Position numbers and translations under genes: made by a program
The notes under the pieces: model-generated
The model's database searches: none
Told to the model about the DNA's origin: nothing
Seen by the model: only the letters and a program-made list of their open reading frames with translations
Shown: piece by piece, positions 27,001-42,000 of the stretch
How positions within the stretch are numbered: position 1 is the stretch's first letter
How the letters are laid out: every line of letters starts with the position of its first letter
Origin: Candidatus Omnitrophota bacterium
GTDB taxonomy: Bacteria > Omnitrophota > Gorgyraeia > Zapsychrales > Fredricksoniimonadaceae
Direction of reading: 5' to 3'
Length of the DNA stretch: 64,000 bases
Assembly: GCA_044225175.1 (NCBI GenBank)
Contig: JBGAJA010000002.1
Location: forward strand, 216,949 to 280,948

Positions 27001-30000
27001 ATCCAAGGAGCCATTTATGCCGGCAAAATACTTAAAGGAAAAGGAAATAAACAGATTTACACCAAATTAGTGGATGTATTAGTCAAGAATGTTGGCAGCG
27101 GAAGGACACAGGCAGACATTGATTTAGCAGATCAATTGGTCGATCAAGTTGGAGGAGCGCTTTATCTGCATTTAGAAGGTAACGCTCAAGAAGTGCAACT
27201 CAAAGAAGATGTAAAAGCGATTTTTGAAGCACGTCGAAGTTTAATTGACAATCCAATCAAACGATTGGTTATCAACGATGTTAAGTATATGCTTTATGGC
27301 ATCCCAGATCCTCATTCCCGTAATGGTGCTTGGGTTATTTCCCAAGCAGCGTTGGATCAAAATATTTCACGATCCGTTCAAACAATTAAATCTGTCATTA
27401 TTCCATCGGATGATTTGACCGTCCAAAGTCCAGAAGACAGTCTTTATTTATCAACGATCAAGAAAATCATTTTCAACACCAATACATCTCCAGACATTGT
27501 GAAAATACTGATCCAAAAGTTGTTTGATTTGGATTATCCAGCTGCCCAAGATTTAGCCCAACAAGGCTTTGATTATCTAATTTCCAGTGATATCCGCGAT
27601 GCAGAGTTCAAAAAGAATTTGATGAGTGTACGTGCAGGGACCAATACAGAAAAAGCTGCCAAGACAATAGCCCAAAGATTGAAAGACCATGATCCACGTA
27701 TCCGTTCTCATGCAGCATTATTAGTAGGCCAGATGAAAGATGCCCAGCAGAGGACCATTGTCCAAGATGTGCTGAGTGCTTATTTAATTGAAACAGAAGA
27801 GGCGATCAAGACCCAATACATGCCATTCTTTGTCAATCCTGCCAACGCAGAAGGTCTTATTAATGAAATTGTTGCAATCCGAAGAGATGCATCTAGCCGA
27901 AGGATCATTAAAGAAGCCAATGATCTAGAGGTTTTGATCCAACGCCCACAAAAGATAGTTTCAAAGAAGGATGTTTTAGTATCAGCGCCTGCAGGACCAT
28001 TTAAATTCTCATTAGATCCTTATATTGATTTACCACATTGGATCCGCGGCAGCTGGTTTGATTCCAACACCCATGAACAATATACAAAGCTGCAAAGACA
28101 CATGAATACTCTGTTTAATAACCCTTATGGTTCTTTATTAAATGGAGATCCAAAATTATCAGAAGCCATCTCAGGCTATAGTGAAGAACAGATGTTAGAT
28201 ATTCTTTTTGGAAATCACTCTTCTTTGGAACGAGCTACAGCAGCCATTGAGTTGGGTAAGAGTCAAGGGGATGTTCGCAAGAAGATCCAAAAGTTATTGA
28301 TGATTGTGGGTACTCCCAAAGAAGGTGAACCTGTTGTTGATGAGGATGCTCAAGTGGTGGATGCAGCATTGTGGGCTATTGCAACACTTCCGAAAGATCC
28401 GCAAGGAGGAAACTATCTACCAGCCAATATTTTTAAAGATTTGGTTTTAAATAAACATACTGATCAAACACGAATCTTAGCCCTATTGGCTTTACGACAG
28501 TCGACTGATATTCAAAAAGACCAGAAATTAGCAGAAATCATTGATTTATTAGCTAAAGATACAAGAAGTGTATTGACTTTGACAGCAGCGCTTGAAGTTG
28601 CCAGCCAATCCAATAGCACAGATGTTGCAGGTGCAGTGATTAATGTGTATAGCCACAGCGTGCGTAATCCATGGGCATTGGTACATCCAACTTTCATGCA
28701 TTTGACACAATTGCGAGACATTGTAGGAGTACCTGGAGCAATGGCCTATCAGGCAATTATGAAGATGGCTCAAGTTAACCATAATGAAGCTGAGATTGCC
28801 AATATCATTAAGACTCAAATTAGTAATAAAGTCATTGAAAGTGATTTTGCCACTATCTCCCGACAACTGTTACCTTTATTAAGAACAGTATCACTAAAAG
28901 ATGCATCTGTAGTTTATGACAATGGAGCTGCTACCCAGGAACAAGGGGTTTTATACAACCACTGGTTTGATGTTGAAATTGCCGATCCATTCTTAAGAAA
29001 TTTACACTGGTTTTTTGTGATGATTGGATTAGGCATATGGTCGTTTAAATACTTTAAAAATCGAAGAGTGCAGAACTTAGAAAGTGATGATTTTGACCAA
29101 CCCACTCCTCAACTAATTCCTAATGTTTCAACTAGTGAAGAGAATACAAAACTTCTGGGTAGGGCCAATGGAAAACCAAAAACATCGATCCAAATTCTTA
29201 ATGATAAACTTAAACTATGGCGGGAGATTTTAAATGCCCGACGCCAACTATGGAAAGCTGGACATCATCAACAAGCCCTTCTTACCGAATATAAGTTGGG
29301 GGTCATTTTAAATCAGATCTATCGTATTTTAGACATAACCTACCCAGATGAAGTTCAGGAAATTGTGGTTAATGAAAAGAAAATAGGCAACGTTTATGGC
29401 AGGATCATTGTTTTAATCGGCGAGACATTGAAGTTTTTGGATGAACAGCTTGATCCCAAGCATAAACATCTTTGGGATGACAATACTCGTTTAAGAATCC
29501 GTATGCTGGTAGCCGAATTCAAAGTCTTAGAAGAACAGATTATTCCTTATCGTGAAGCCATGATGTCTTTGCACAAAGTGCTTCTTTTGAAAGAAAGGAG
29601 ATTTTCTGTTTATAAAGGTGAAGGATGGATGAGTGTATGGAAGAATTTTGCAGAAGGCATTGTTTTAAAGTTTCCAGGATTTCAGTATAAAAGACAGATT
29701 GAAATGAGCATCAGAGAATTTATGAAAAGATTGGACATATTACTTGGAGACAATGACAGAAAACCAGAAATAATATCTAAATGGAGAGGTTTTTTTGAAA
29801 ACGGTATGTACCGCGAACAAATTTCAGAAGGTGATCCTAGGATTGCGGATCCTTTTGAAGAAACATGGAAAGATCAAAGGATTATCAGACATATTTTTAC
29901 AATTGCAGCTGTAGTTCTGCTTGGTTATCGTTGGTTTATTGTCAAAGAGTTTGCTTGGTGGGACACCGCCGTCATCGCCACATTGTATTTCAACGTTTCC

Positions 30001-33000
30001 GCCTATCGTTCCAAAGGGTTTTTGGTCCGCACCATGAAACGTGTGAAAGAACTAAACAGGGACATTCAACAGAGAAATCAGAAACAGTTCGAATTAGAGT
30101 TTGGAATGTCCATGAAGGATTGCAAGCTCGATCAACTGGAATACGAAAAAATTCAAAGCCGTACGTCTCAAGCTGTGGCCATAGGCAATGGTCCTCAACC
30201 TGTTGTCCATATGTTCTTTGTGGTACTTGAGAAGAATCAAATAGGAATAGCTTCCCAATTATTAGCTCAAAGTATGAAGACTGATCAGTTCTCTGGTCTT
30301 TGGTCTGTTCCTATTGTTTTCATTCCACAAACTATTCCAGGCAAGGGTGGAGCTTATTTGAATGCCCAAAGTTATTTTGAGGGGGTCAATACTATTGGCG
30401 AATTATGGCACAAATTATTGTCTTCGGACGAAGTGTATATTTTAGGCAGAAATCTTTACAATGAAACTTGGTCTAATGTTTCTGTTGAACTTTTACGACA
30501 TTCAACAATTATCAACTCCAGTGAGAAGACAGATGCCATGATGCAAGGCATCACACCTGTCGTGGATAAACTCGGTCTAACATTGTTGCCTGCCACTGAG
30601 AATATGATCAGCTCCTTAAGACGCGACATCACCTTCTTAGAAGATAAAATGATGTATACCTACAATGAAGTCTGGACAGATAGTAAAGAAGGCAAAGGCG
30701 TCAAGCTTTTCTTGCATGCAGATGGTTTTCGTGTAGGGCGAGTAGGGCGTCGCGGCAAAATAGACTTTGGTTCCATGTTCCTGACACTAGATGAGATCAT
30801 GGCTATGGGATTAGGGTTTCTTAATTATGATATTTTGACAGGGGTCATTAATACCATCTATGAAAAAACAGGAGAAGCTTTAACTCAGGAAGACATCGAG
30901 GGCTGGAAAAACGAATTCATTAAAAGAGGGCTAAATGCTCGTTTTGATATTGAAGATAAAAGAAGACTATTTCCTGCTTACATAGGGGCCTGGCGAGAAC
31001 AATTAGATTCTCATAATCGTCAAATCTTTATTACAGGCTTGATGGACTTAGTTCGTTTTATTGAGAAGTACGAATTTCAAGACAAAGCTGATCAATATAT
31101 TGATGAGAAGAAGTGGATGAAGAGTTCATCCGAGAGAGAAACATTGGAAGAGTTTATCAAATCAAAATTAAATGTTTCAAAGGAGGATGCATCTCGTCTC
31201 TTAGGGGAATGGACCATACAAGAAGATTGGGCGACACTTAGAAAGATTTTATCGGACTGGAATTTTAAAATCATTGCGGACCTTTTTATTCCTATGATCA
31301 TGGCTTCTCATGAAAAAAGTCCTCATTCTTGGAATGATGCTAGAGGTCTTCGTGAAAAGTATCCAATCATCTATGACGATTTCTATTGGGAGGTCTTTTC
31401 GATCCTCAACAAAGCATTTGCCAACAGTGGAATTTCATTCCATGCTCCATTTGCCCCTTACTTTAAAAAGGCCCATTTTTATAAAGTATCTAGCTATGCA
31501 CTACCCACAATGATTTTAATGGCGCTCGCCATACCCCAAATGGTTCCAGCGCTCTATTTGCTTTTAGCATTATCTCTAGCTGGTGTTGCGGGTTACTTTT
31601 TGAAAATCCCAACAGTAAAAATATTTCATTGGCTTTTTGGTGCCCGGGGTGCGGTATTTAGAGCGATTTCATTTTTATTTGCAGCAAGAAAAATCATCAC
31701 ACCATTCTTAGAAATCCATTTCATAGATAAACTTTTAGCAGCCAGCAGAATCCTCCTCTTACCATTTTCAGGCACAACCCTTGGCTTATTGTATTTTAAA
31801 GGAAACCATTACTCTTGGATTGAACCAGTAACACATATCGCTTCTGTTGCACTGACAGGGTTGTTTTTGATCGAAGCAGTGATTGAATTGGGGTACATTG
31901 CATACAATCGGTTCTTTCACGCTAAGAGCAAGAATAAAAACCAGCCCTTGAAATCTTCTAAATCACCTCATACCTTGATCAAAACTTTAAAGAAGTGGAT
32001 CAAAGCAATCATGTTTATTGTTGGTGGTTTTATATTATTGGGAGCTAGTGTTCTTTTTAACAGTCCTGCCTTAGCTCATGCCGGGGAAGTTCTGATTAAT
32101 ACGGGTCACTTCATCGAAGCCGGTAAAGCGGCATCAGATGAACATAAAATGTATCGCAAAGTAGGGTCCATCTTTGCAGGGTTAGGCGCTTTAACAGGGT
32201 TTTATTTGGCGGTCATGGAATTCGTATTTAGATTTACAGTTCACCTAGAATCATTAAAAGAAATATTCCATCACCAGCATGCAGCGATTATTCACTTAAG
32301 TATTTTATTTTGGGCAACTTCTTCCATCTTTGGTTTGGTTGAAATGATAGGAGAAACAAAGGCCGAGAAAATTTTGGCGGGTAAGTCATCAAGAAACAGC
32401 TTTGATAGACCTTTGCACGCCGTAGCAGCCTTAAGCGTAGATGAACAAGTGGCTTTAACTCCCTCAGCTCGTACGATCAATAAAGCTGCAAAGAAATTCA
32501 CTCCAGGTTTGAAGTTCGTGGTTTTAGCCCTGCCAGCCCAATCCTACATGGATTTTCATGGTAAGACGCACGCTCCCAATGTGTTTGATCCTGTTGATGC
32601 AAGAGGAGTAAAACAAGAGAAAAAACGTTTGTACACATTAAGCAAAGTAACAAAGAAAATATTTGGGCTGGCTCCAGGTAAGGTCTTTAAGAATGTGTAC
32701 TCGTCTAATGAGGAATCAACCGATCATGCAGTTGCAAGCTTAGGTGTAGAGGGGGCGCTTATTGGCGCGAATCGTTATGATGTTCCTCGTTTTTATCACT
32801 TTGGAGGTATTTTAAGAAAAGATGCGAGGCGAATTGCTCAAAATCAGTGGAGAAGATATCTTCAAGACCCAGTCCATTTTAATAATGGCCATTTAAACGG
32901 TCCTGACAGTATCAGAGCTGTTGAACGATTGATCGAAGATTGCGTCCGAGTTGACCATACCTTTATTGCAACTCATGAACTTCATGCGAAGCTGATTTTG

Positions 33001-36000
33001 GCTCGGATGTTAGGCATCCCTTATGAGAAATTGGCCCATCTTCACGAACGTCTAGGTGCTTTGTCTACAGGCACCCTCATTATGGTGGCTTTTAATCCTC
33101 AAACCAATAAAGGGGAGCTTTTATATGTGGATAATTCTTATTTGGGTAAAGGACTTAAAGAAAGATCGCCGTATACATTATGGGATGTTGTCATCAATTA
33201 TTGGCGCTATTATGGGTTAGTCCTACAGCGATATTTAGAAATCATCCACACAAAGATCCAACAAAGCTCTCGATTTCGTCGAGAGGAAATATGGGCGGTA
33301 CAACCTCCTTATTATGCACCAGAGCCTCCTAGCTTGCCTGAACCCATGAGCATCCAAATCGCCAGATTCACAGTTTCTATGACCAGACCCTCAGTGGCCC
33401 TATTTTCTTCAGATCCTGCTCGGCATGTGCCGGGGTATAGGGCGCCGACGATGAAAGAGGTTATAGATGAAGTACAGCGGGTGAGATCAAGTCAGCCTGG
33501 TTACTCACATCATCCTGAACAGTGGCCAGGAATTAATAAGGTCACGGAAAAAGAGAGTATTCAACGTGCCAGGGATAATATCCAACAGAATATTGATTTG
33601 ATTATAAAAAAAGAAGAGCATTGGCTTAAAAAGCGATATAAAACCAAGAAAGAAAAAATAGCAGCCATATTAGAGATATTTGACATCATGATCGACAATT
33701 GGCGTGATGGGCCTTTTGTAGGATTCTTAGGGACTATTTTTATAGAGAATGATGGAAATAAACGCCCGCTTGGGTCCAACCATTATCCTTACTATATGAC
33801 ATCCCTCCAACGAAGTGCCACATTTATCCATGAATTTGGTAATTATTTAGGCTGGTCTCATCAAGAAAATCAAGATTTGGAAATGCGTTTCTGGTCAGAA
33901 CATATGGGTGAGCTTTTTTCTACCACAGACCAGTCTTCTTATTCCTTTACATACCAGGATTTAGAATTTCTAGACAGCATTTTAAGTGAGATTGTCTTTA
34001 AGATTTCAAAAGATAAGAAATATCAAAAAGACATAGATACTCTTGGGATTAAAGAATCCATTGCTAACAGAGAGGTTCTAAGATCAAGAAGTTTGACTGT
34101 AGAAATTCTTTCAGGGCTGATTGCAATTAATAAGAAACGAAAAGATGGCGAAGACAATTCTACATTTAATGCAGTGTTATATAGAGCTAAAGAGGCTTAC
34201 TTTAGCCTAGCTGAAGCTCAAGAATCCGAATCAGGACGAAAGCCCTACTATGCCAAGGTATTGGTCATTCTTAACGTACTATTACATGCCGAGGATTCTT
34301 CTGAAGAATTGCTTAAGCTGAAGTACCAAATATTGAGTCGTTTAGGTCATCAAGCAGAAGCGTTAGATACCATTATGAAACTAATCAAGAAGCCAAGTAA
34401 GCGTCGACAAAAATCAACTGAAGCGATGCTTAGAGTAGATTTGATTGAGGCAACTAGGCGATTGTATTTAGGAGAAATTAGCGAACGTTTAAGACGCAGG
34501 AAGTATGCCATTGCTTCAAGGTTATTTTCTTTTGCCAAGCAAAGTGTGAATGACATTGAACAGCAGTCTTTGGGGATAGTTGAAGAATATAGAAGAAAGG
34601 GTAAAGAAACGGGAGGGATAGCTACCGAATCAGAAATTGGAGCATGGATCCATTTGGCAGACATACAGACGTTGATATCTCAAGTAGAGTATGAGTTCGC
34701 GAGCAATAAAGACTACGAACATCCGTTGCCAGACCAGATCTTAGAGTCTCTGGAGCAAGCGATTAAATCTTTGGAATATATAGCACAAGCTCTTACTGCA
34801 GCTCAAGAATCAGAAATTAAAAAAATAGGCGATAAGACCTTGGAGAAGAACTTAGATCAGTTGAAATTGATCTTAACCTTTATTTTTAATAACCCACTGG
34901 GCATGTTAAATATCCCAAGACTTGGAACATATTTAGAAGAGCTCAATAAAATTTTAAGCGCAGATATTTTCTTAACACTAGAGAAACAGCAGACCTCGAT
35001 CAGAGCCATTCGTGAGCTTAGAACAGATATTTTGACAAATATGGATGGGTATGGACATATTCAAGAAACAGTCCTTGGGTTTATGTGCGCCATGCCTCAA
35101 GAATCGTTTGCCTCCAAGGACGCTTTACGAGCTCAATTGCTCAGGGATGTTACAGAATATATGGGAACATCCTTATCTTCGGACATACACCTTTATGTGG
35201 ATGAAATGATGGAACATTTGCAAGACGACTTAGATCTACTGATTCTTAAAGCTTTCTTCTTTGATACAAAAGCAAAAGAAAAGAATCCCAAGGAATTAGC
35301 CGTGTTGATTCGTGCAGAAATGGAAGCTCGAGCAGAACAGAAGACAAAAGTTAACATGCTTCCTGAACATGAAATTTCCACTCTACTTGAACAACGTGCA
35401 AGCGAGGGAAGATATGAAGGGCTTGGTATCACTGTTGAACAAGCTAAAGAAGCGGAGGGTACAACACACATTCAGCAAGCTTCGCAGGACAAAAAGGCAG
35501 CAGAAGAGAAGGTCAAAAGTGAGGCCACTCTTCAGAGAAACGTTTATAAAGATCCCCGTATTAATGAATTTATAGAAGAAGATAAAGAGGAAATTGATTT
35601 CATCATTGTGATCTTGAATCTTATTAAGTCCTGGATGCCTAAGGAGGTATACGAAAGCTTTAAGGAAGATCTCAGAAAGATTGTAGATAGTTACAATATA
35701 TTCTGTGCAAACGCAAGAGAGTTAACAAGAATGAAATCTCAAGGATATCAAGAGGCAAGACAAAAGGCCAAAGCAGATAAAGATGAAGACGACCCTCTCT
35801 TAAAATTGCGAAGAGAGCTAAAAGACATACGAGTAGGTCTGATAGGTGCTAATGGATACCTCAGCGCCTACAAAGTTTTAAAAATGGTCTTAGAAAGCTA
35901 TAAGACTAGAGTCGAAGGATGGATCCGTCAGGGATTCAGACAGGTCCTTCAATACCAAGTTAAAATGGATGAGTTATATAAAAAACATCACTTCACATGG

Positions 36001-39000
36001 CTGCTTGAAGATGCTCACAATAGTCCATTACAAAAGATTGCCCTACAAATGGAACGACTCGTAAATGTTCACCCCTCAGATCCTTCTTATTTATCTTATG
36101 ACATGTTTGTGATGCTAGAAAAAGATGCCGAGAATTACTATCAACTCAAAACAGCCGCTATCGAACACCATCAAGGTCTCATTGACGAAGTCTCAACAGA
36201 TTTAAATAAAGCTGCACAAAGGCTGTATGAACTTAAGGGCCTACTTTTAGAGTTAAAAGATGTTTCTTTAATCAGAGAAATTGAAAATAAGATTGAAGGA
36301 ATTAGAGAGACTTTAGGAGATTTAATTTTTAGCAAAGCACTCGATGAAGAGGCTATGCACACAGAAATGAAAAAGAGGACTGCGCAGCTTATAGAGACAA
36401 TTGAGCTATGGATTTCAATGGTCAAGAGATTAAGAACACTAACAGAAATGATTCCAGAACTAACTAAGCCCATTAGAAGGGCCCATGTCTTATTGATTAA
36501 TAGGGTAGATATTGAAAGCCCGGCTGCTCATGCCATTAATGATGCTTATCAAACAGCTGTGTTTGTTGGACCTTTGTATCAGTTATTGTTTAAAGAACAT
36601 ATAGAAGCTTCTGTCTTTGAAACAAAATTAGCTGACATGGAAGGACGATTGTCGCAAGTGCCGGATCAAATTACCAAGTCCCTTGAGCCTGCGACCCAGA
36701 AGATTAATGAACTCCTGGCGGACAGTCTTATGGAAGTACAAAAGCTGATTGAAGCATTAGAACAATGGTGCAAAACAAATTTATGTGTCTATAGAGGATG
36801 GCATGATGAGCGTCCTTTAGAAAGAATGTTGGATAAATTTGCATCTACAAAAAAGATGGTGGAAGTACTCAGAGAACAGATTACAACTAACGGAGCAATG
36901 GTTAATAGGGGAAATGCTGCACCTACAGAAAATCCTACAACCGTTGCTTGTGACTTTAATGATTTCAGACTTTTATCCGATGCGGCGTATGAATTGATGG
37001 CATTCGAAGAAAGATTCTGGCTGGACCAATTGCGCGGGTGGGTCGATAGACATGGGGCTGAACTGGTTTCTTTAGTCGATAAACCGATTTTATCAAAAGG
37101 ATACACATGGCAATCGATCATTCTAAGAGACGCGTTTAATCAAGTAAGGGAGATTGAAATTGATTTCGTTCCAAATACTAATAGAGCGGAACACAATTAT
37201 TTGGATTTAGATAAAGATCTTGTTACTGCTTCAGAAAGATTAGTAAGCGAGTATAGGGAAATCTATAATGGCCTGACCCGAGTTTATCGTCAAATTAAAG
37301 ATCCATTAGCCATTACTGATATTCTTCCAGTCCTAGGTCCAATTGCAGGTTTCTATATTCAGATATTTCTGAAGGAACAAGATACGCCAATCTTTGATGT
37401 GACGGTACTCCTCCAGAACATTTTTTCAGCTAATTTTTATAAGCAATCAGAAGTAAGAAAAGTAACTGAAGGAGCTCATGATACGAGCTGGCAGGCAACG
37501 TTAGCATTCATTGCCCCTCTTAATTTTGTGAAACCTATTGCCCCATGGCCACAAGGCATGATCATTGGACAGAATAAGTTGGAAAGTAAAAAAGAGAAAC
37601 AGCCAGCCTCACTCAGCGATTCACGAGTTTTGCCTGCACTGTCTCAACTGGTTTCCTATCCTCACGCAAGAGGAAGCACACTTCAAATGGTATTAGCTCT
37701 GATTGTCGCAGGTGTCATCGTCGTTGGCTTGGGAATTCTGGCATGGCCGCTGGCGAAAGTTCATTGGAAAGGTTTGCCAGATATTTCAAAGATGCCTAAT
37801 TTAAAAATAATTATAGAAATCTTTTCTGAAGTCATTCTCATTACAGCGGTCATTGTCAGCATGCTCATTGCAAGCACAGATACCAGGGCAGATTGGTGGA
37901 AAAGACAAAAAATTAGAGTGCGTCCATGGCTATTGTATGCGCAGAGCATTGAACAAAGAGTATTTAAGGTAATTAAAACGATAGTCGATTCCCGCTTCAC
38001 AAGACCTATCCTCAAGATTTTGCTTTATGCAGGAAGCCTTGGCCTTTTGACCATAGTATTCAAATCCATAGAAGTGGCACTGGGCATCACAGCAAAGGGC
38101 ATAAGTTCTCAGGTTTATTTGTTCTGTGCCACAATCTTAGGCATCATTATTATGATGGCATGGAACATACGTAGGGCCTTGCGTATTCATCAACAGAACA
38201 TACAAGCCGTTGGAGAAGAGCTTTCAAGCTATGATAGTTTATGGTGGATGGCTGGCCTGGGGACGGCCGGATTGATGGCACTCCAGGGCTTTTTTATATT
38301 TATTCTCCCTGGATCTTTTAAACAGCTCTTTGCAATAGAGCATTCGGTTGCCAATAGTTTGCTTATCATGCATACAGCTTTTAGTCTGGTTTTTTTGATG
38401 GCTATTGGTGTGGCCCAACACAAACGTTTAGAACAGTACATCACCCCAAGGCAGGTGGGTGTGGCGGTTTTGAAATTGATCATGGCTTTAAGCATAATTT
38501 ATCCAATGGTTCAACAGCCATGGAATCGTTTTGCCATGATGGTAGTTCCTGCCATCATCATGGTGGTATGGCTTGGCTTGAGCTCCATGACCACGTTATG
38601 GAAAGCCCATGTTCAAAGAAAGACTGTATGGAAAGATAACACGTATCCATGGGCCTTAGGGCAGGTGATCTTGACAAGCACCTTCATGGTCCCGGGGTAT
38701 ATCATTGGGGGTTGTACAGACATTGAGACATTTTTATATAAGCAATTTGATGTATCGATGCCATGGATGGCATGGTCATTTGTAGTGCTTGGAATGATCG
38801 TTGTCAGTTCGACAGTCATCTTTATTCCTTACATATTAGATCTGGCCAAATTCAGCTACCATAGGATAGGAGACTCTTTGGCTGATCACATCAGTCATCA
38901 GCCTCGTGTAGCGATGGTCTACGGTCATGTGATATTAGGTATCATTTATTTGTATTTATGGACTATGCGCCCAAGTCCATTGCCCATGTTTGGTATGAGG

Positions 39001-42000
39001 GACTATGTGTCTAAAAGCTTTTCTGTGAGTTCCACAGCCTTCCCTCTAGGGATTAGGCAGGCCATTGTGGCTGTATTTATCATGGGTGTTGGGGGGGCAG
39101 TACTATGGCCATTGATATTAGCCCTCGTGCGCGTGTGGCAAACCCCATTTGTCCAAAGGCACATCCACAAAATTTTCGTTGTTGTGGTTGCTATCATCAC
39201 CATTGTGTTGATGACAGGTTGCAGGAGCCAAGAGTATTCTAAGAAAGAGAAACTATTAGCAGATCGGATCCTAGAGAAACACTTCATGGAGCAGGCCATT
39301 GAAAAAAAGAACCTTACAATTGCTACGGAAGTCCAACCAGTCGAAAACGATCCTCAATTCTCACCATCAAATGTAGATTTTTTGAAAAAAACCCAAGAGC
39401 TATTGAATCGCCAAACCCTTAACCGCATGCCCGATGGGTCTCAATATAAAACAGGTAAACCAAGGGTAACTGCATCAGTTGATTTCATCATTGAGCCTGT
39501 TGGGCTAGAGGATGCTTCGGAGAATACAAAAGCAAAACAAGCTCCAATTATTCATACACAAAAAGTTTTCAGCCAATTTAAAGTAAGCGTAGTGACTATA
39601 TCTAAAGAATTAAGAAAAGTTCAAGAATCTACATCCCAGATCATTAGACAATCGTTCCTATCTTGGAAATCCCAACTCCAAAACCAAATCGGCCAACCAC
39701 GTCAAGAAGTTGTTTTACAGGTGATACCTGAACAATCAAGGATTTCATTATATGTGCAGATGTATTTTTACGTGGCACCTACGCTCAAAATGGTCGTAGG
39801 AATGATTCTTGCAGCTTGGGACACAGTATTCCGGCGGGCACCCATAGGTGTTGTGAGTGTGACAAGTTTGGCAACATCCTCCAGTAACTCAGAAAATTCC
39901 CTAAACATATTTTGGTCAGCTGTTAGTTTATCAAGCGTTTTTTATTTAGGTGTTCTTGTCCTATCTACGGTTATTCTCATCACTACTCTTTCCAAGGGAT
40001 TAAATTCTAAAAATGTTCGAGGTGTTAATAAGGACTATGCAGGATTGCGTCAGCATAAATCGGTTCTCTTCACATTTTTAGCTGTGACAGCTGGCCTACT
40101 TTTTGTTTTTCGTCATGGGATCAATAACTATTTAGCATGGACCAGTAAGCTCGATCAAATGTTCTTAGCAAATACAGCGGATTGGATTCTATTTGGAAAG
40201 GTGTTTGGTATTGGGGCTTTACAGGGATACGGAACGGGCATCATTGGGGCTGCTTTGGCGCAGACCATTAAGAAAAAAAGCAACATTAGACAATTTGAAT
40301 GGAAGAACATTTTTGTTGATGTCGGGATGTCTCAATTACTTGGGGGAATTCTTTTAAAAGCATGGTTTTTCATTGTAGGACCATTAACGGCACGGGCAGG
40401 GGACTATGATTTTCTTGTTGGGTTCTGGGCTTTTGTAACATTGTTTATTCTTCTTTATATTGTTCTTGTCATTGGCAGCATGCTTGTTTTATCTAATATA
40501 GGTATTCCTGGAAAGAACCCGCTGACAGAAGCTCGAAAAGTCCTTTTTAATTGCGAAAACTTTGCCGTAACCTTTTATAGAAATATTCTTTGTTTTGGCG
40601 TGCTTGTGGATTTGGCATTCTTCATTGTTTTTCCTTTGCTTGTCAAAAATAATGTCTTTGGCTTTGCCTCATATACCCTTCAGTTAAACAATATTCAATC
40701 CATCGCCAGTCTGCTGGTCGGCATTCTTTACGCAATGATTCTGGCTTTGTTTGAAATTAATCAAAATATAATTCAACCAAAAAGAAGTGAAGTTGTCGCC
40801 GTAAAGAATTCTCAACCAGGGTCACCCACAATGGATGTGTTGAAGTTGTTTTCAGGGGTTGTTGTTCTTGGGGGTATTGGAACGTTTGTGCTGTGTGTGC
40901 CTATGCCATCTTTGACCAGCTCAGGTCTTGTGGGAGTCATTTTTGTTGTAATGATGAAATGTGTTTCAGTATTAGCTGCATTCTTGATCAGTGTATTTTT
41001 TATATCACGGCTGATAAATCTAATTGCTCGTTGGAAGCACAGATTTCAGGAAGAAGTTTTCTTAAAAGACATGCAAGAAAAGAAAATCTTCTGGAAACTA
41101 GATGAAACCTCACTGTCATCGACAGACATTCCATGTGAAACAATCCAATTTGGTCCATTTCAAGAGCGTATTTCAAGATTGCCTTTGGAAGAATTAAAGA
41201 GTCGATTTATTAGGGATGCTGAGATCTTATTGGAATCAGATAAAGTCTCTGACAATGAGTTCTTTAGTGCAGTCATGGATTTGCTTGAATTTAAAAAGCG
41301 CATGCGGGACCCTAGATATTTACAGGCTTTCTTTGAAACCTCACATCAATGGTATTCACCTTATCAACTGGGAATTATTTATCGCGTTTTCATGTCTTTT
41401 ATCATTGTGTCAAAACATTATGCCCGTCGAAATTTAAAATATGAATTCTATGATTTAAAGAACCGTATACGAAGCATATTGGCGGCTAATTTAATGTTAA
41501 AACGTGAGTTTATTGATGGTGAAGAGAGACCTTGGGACAATGAAATAGATTTAGAACAACCAGAAAGCATTTGGCCGTTAGTCTGGGGGATGACTTTTAA
41601 TGGTCTTGGAGTCATTGAGTTTAGCTTAAAGAAAAAAGCTTCTCCTAAGTGGGACCCAGAATTCTTGTACCGATGGAGTCTTAGCTCTGGAATGGTCCAT
41701 TTACCCGTTATAATCCAAGTATCTCAAGAAGAAAGCTTAAGAGGAGACATAACAGCTTTTAGAGAATCATTTTATGTTTTTATTACACGATATTTTGACG
41801 ATGCTGCCCAGGCAGTGTTTTATTTTAGTTTATGGTCTATAGGTCTCATCCAAAGCGCCTTCTCGAAAATTCAGGCCCTAAAACAAAATAAGAAAACAAG
41901 CCAGATTCATCAGTCATGGAAGACCCGAACGACAACGAGAGGATGGGCACTGACAAAGCTGCTTGGCACTATTGTCGGCATTAGTATGCTGGCGGTTGCA

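Noticed and set aside
33421-33432. Short palindrome cggcatgtgccg as another REP
   Set aside because: It is too short, has no GTAG foot and has no second copy; it is compatible with chance.
41440-41510. HisKA-like helix YDLKNRIRSILAANLML
   Set aside because: The phospho-His position is Tyr, the match is short, and there is no adjacent HATPase domain.
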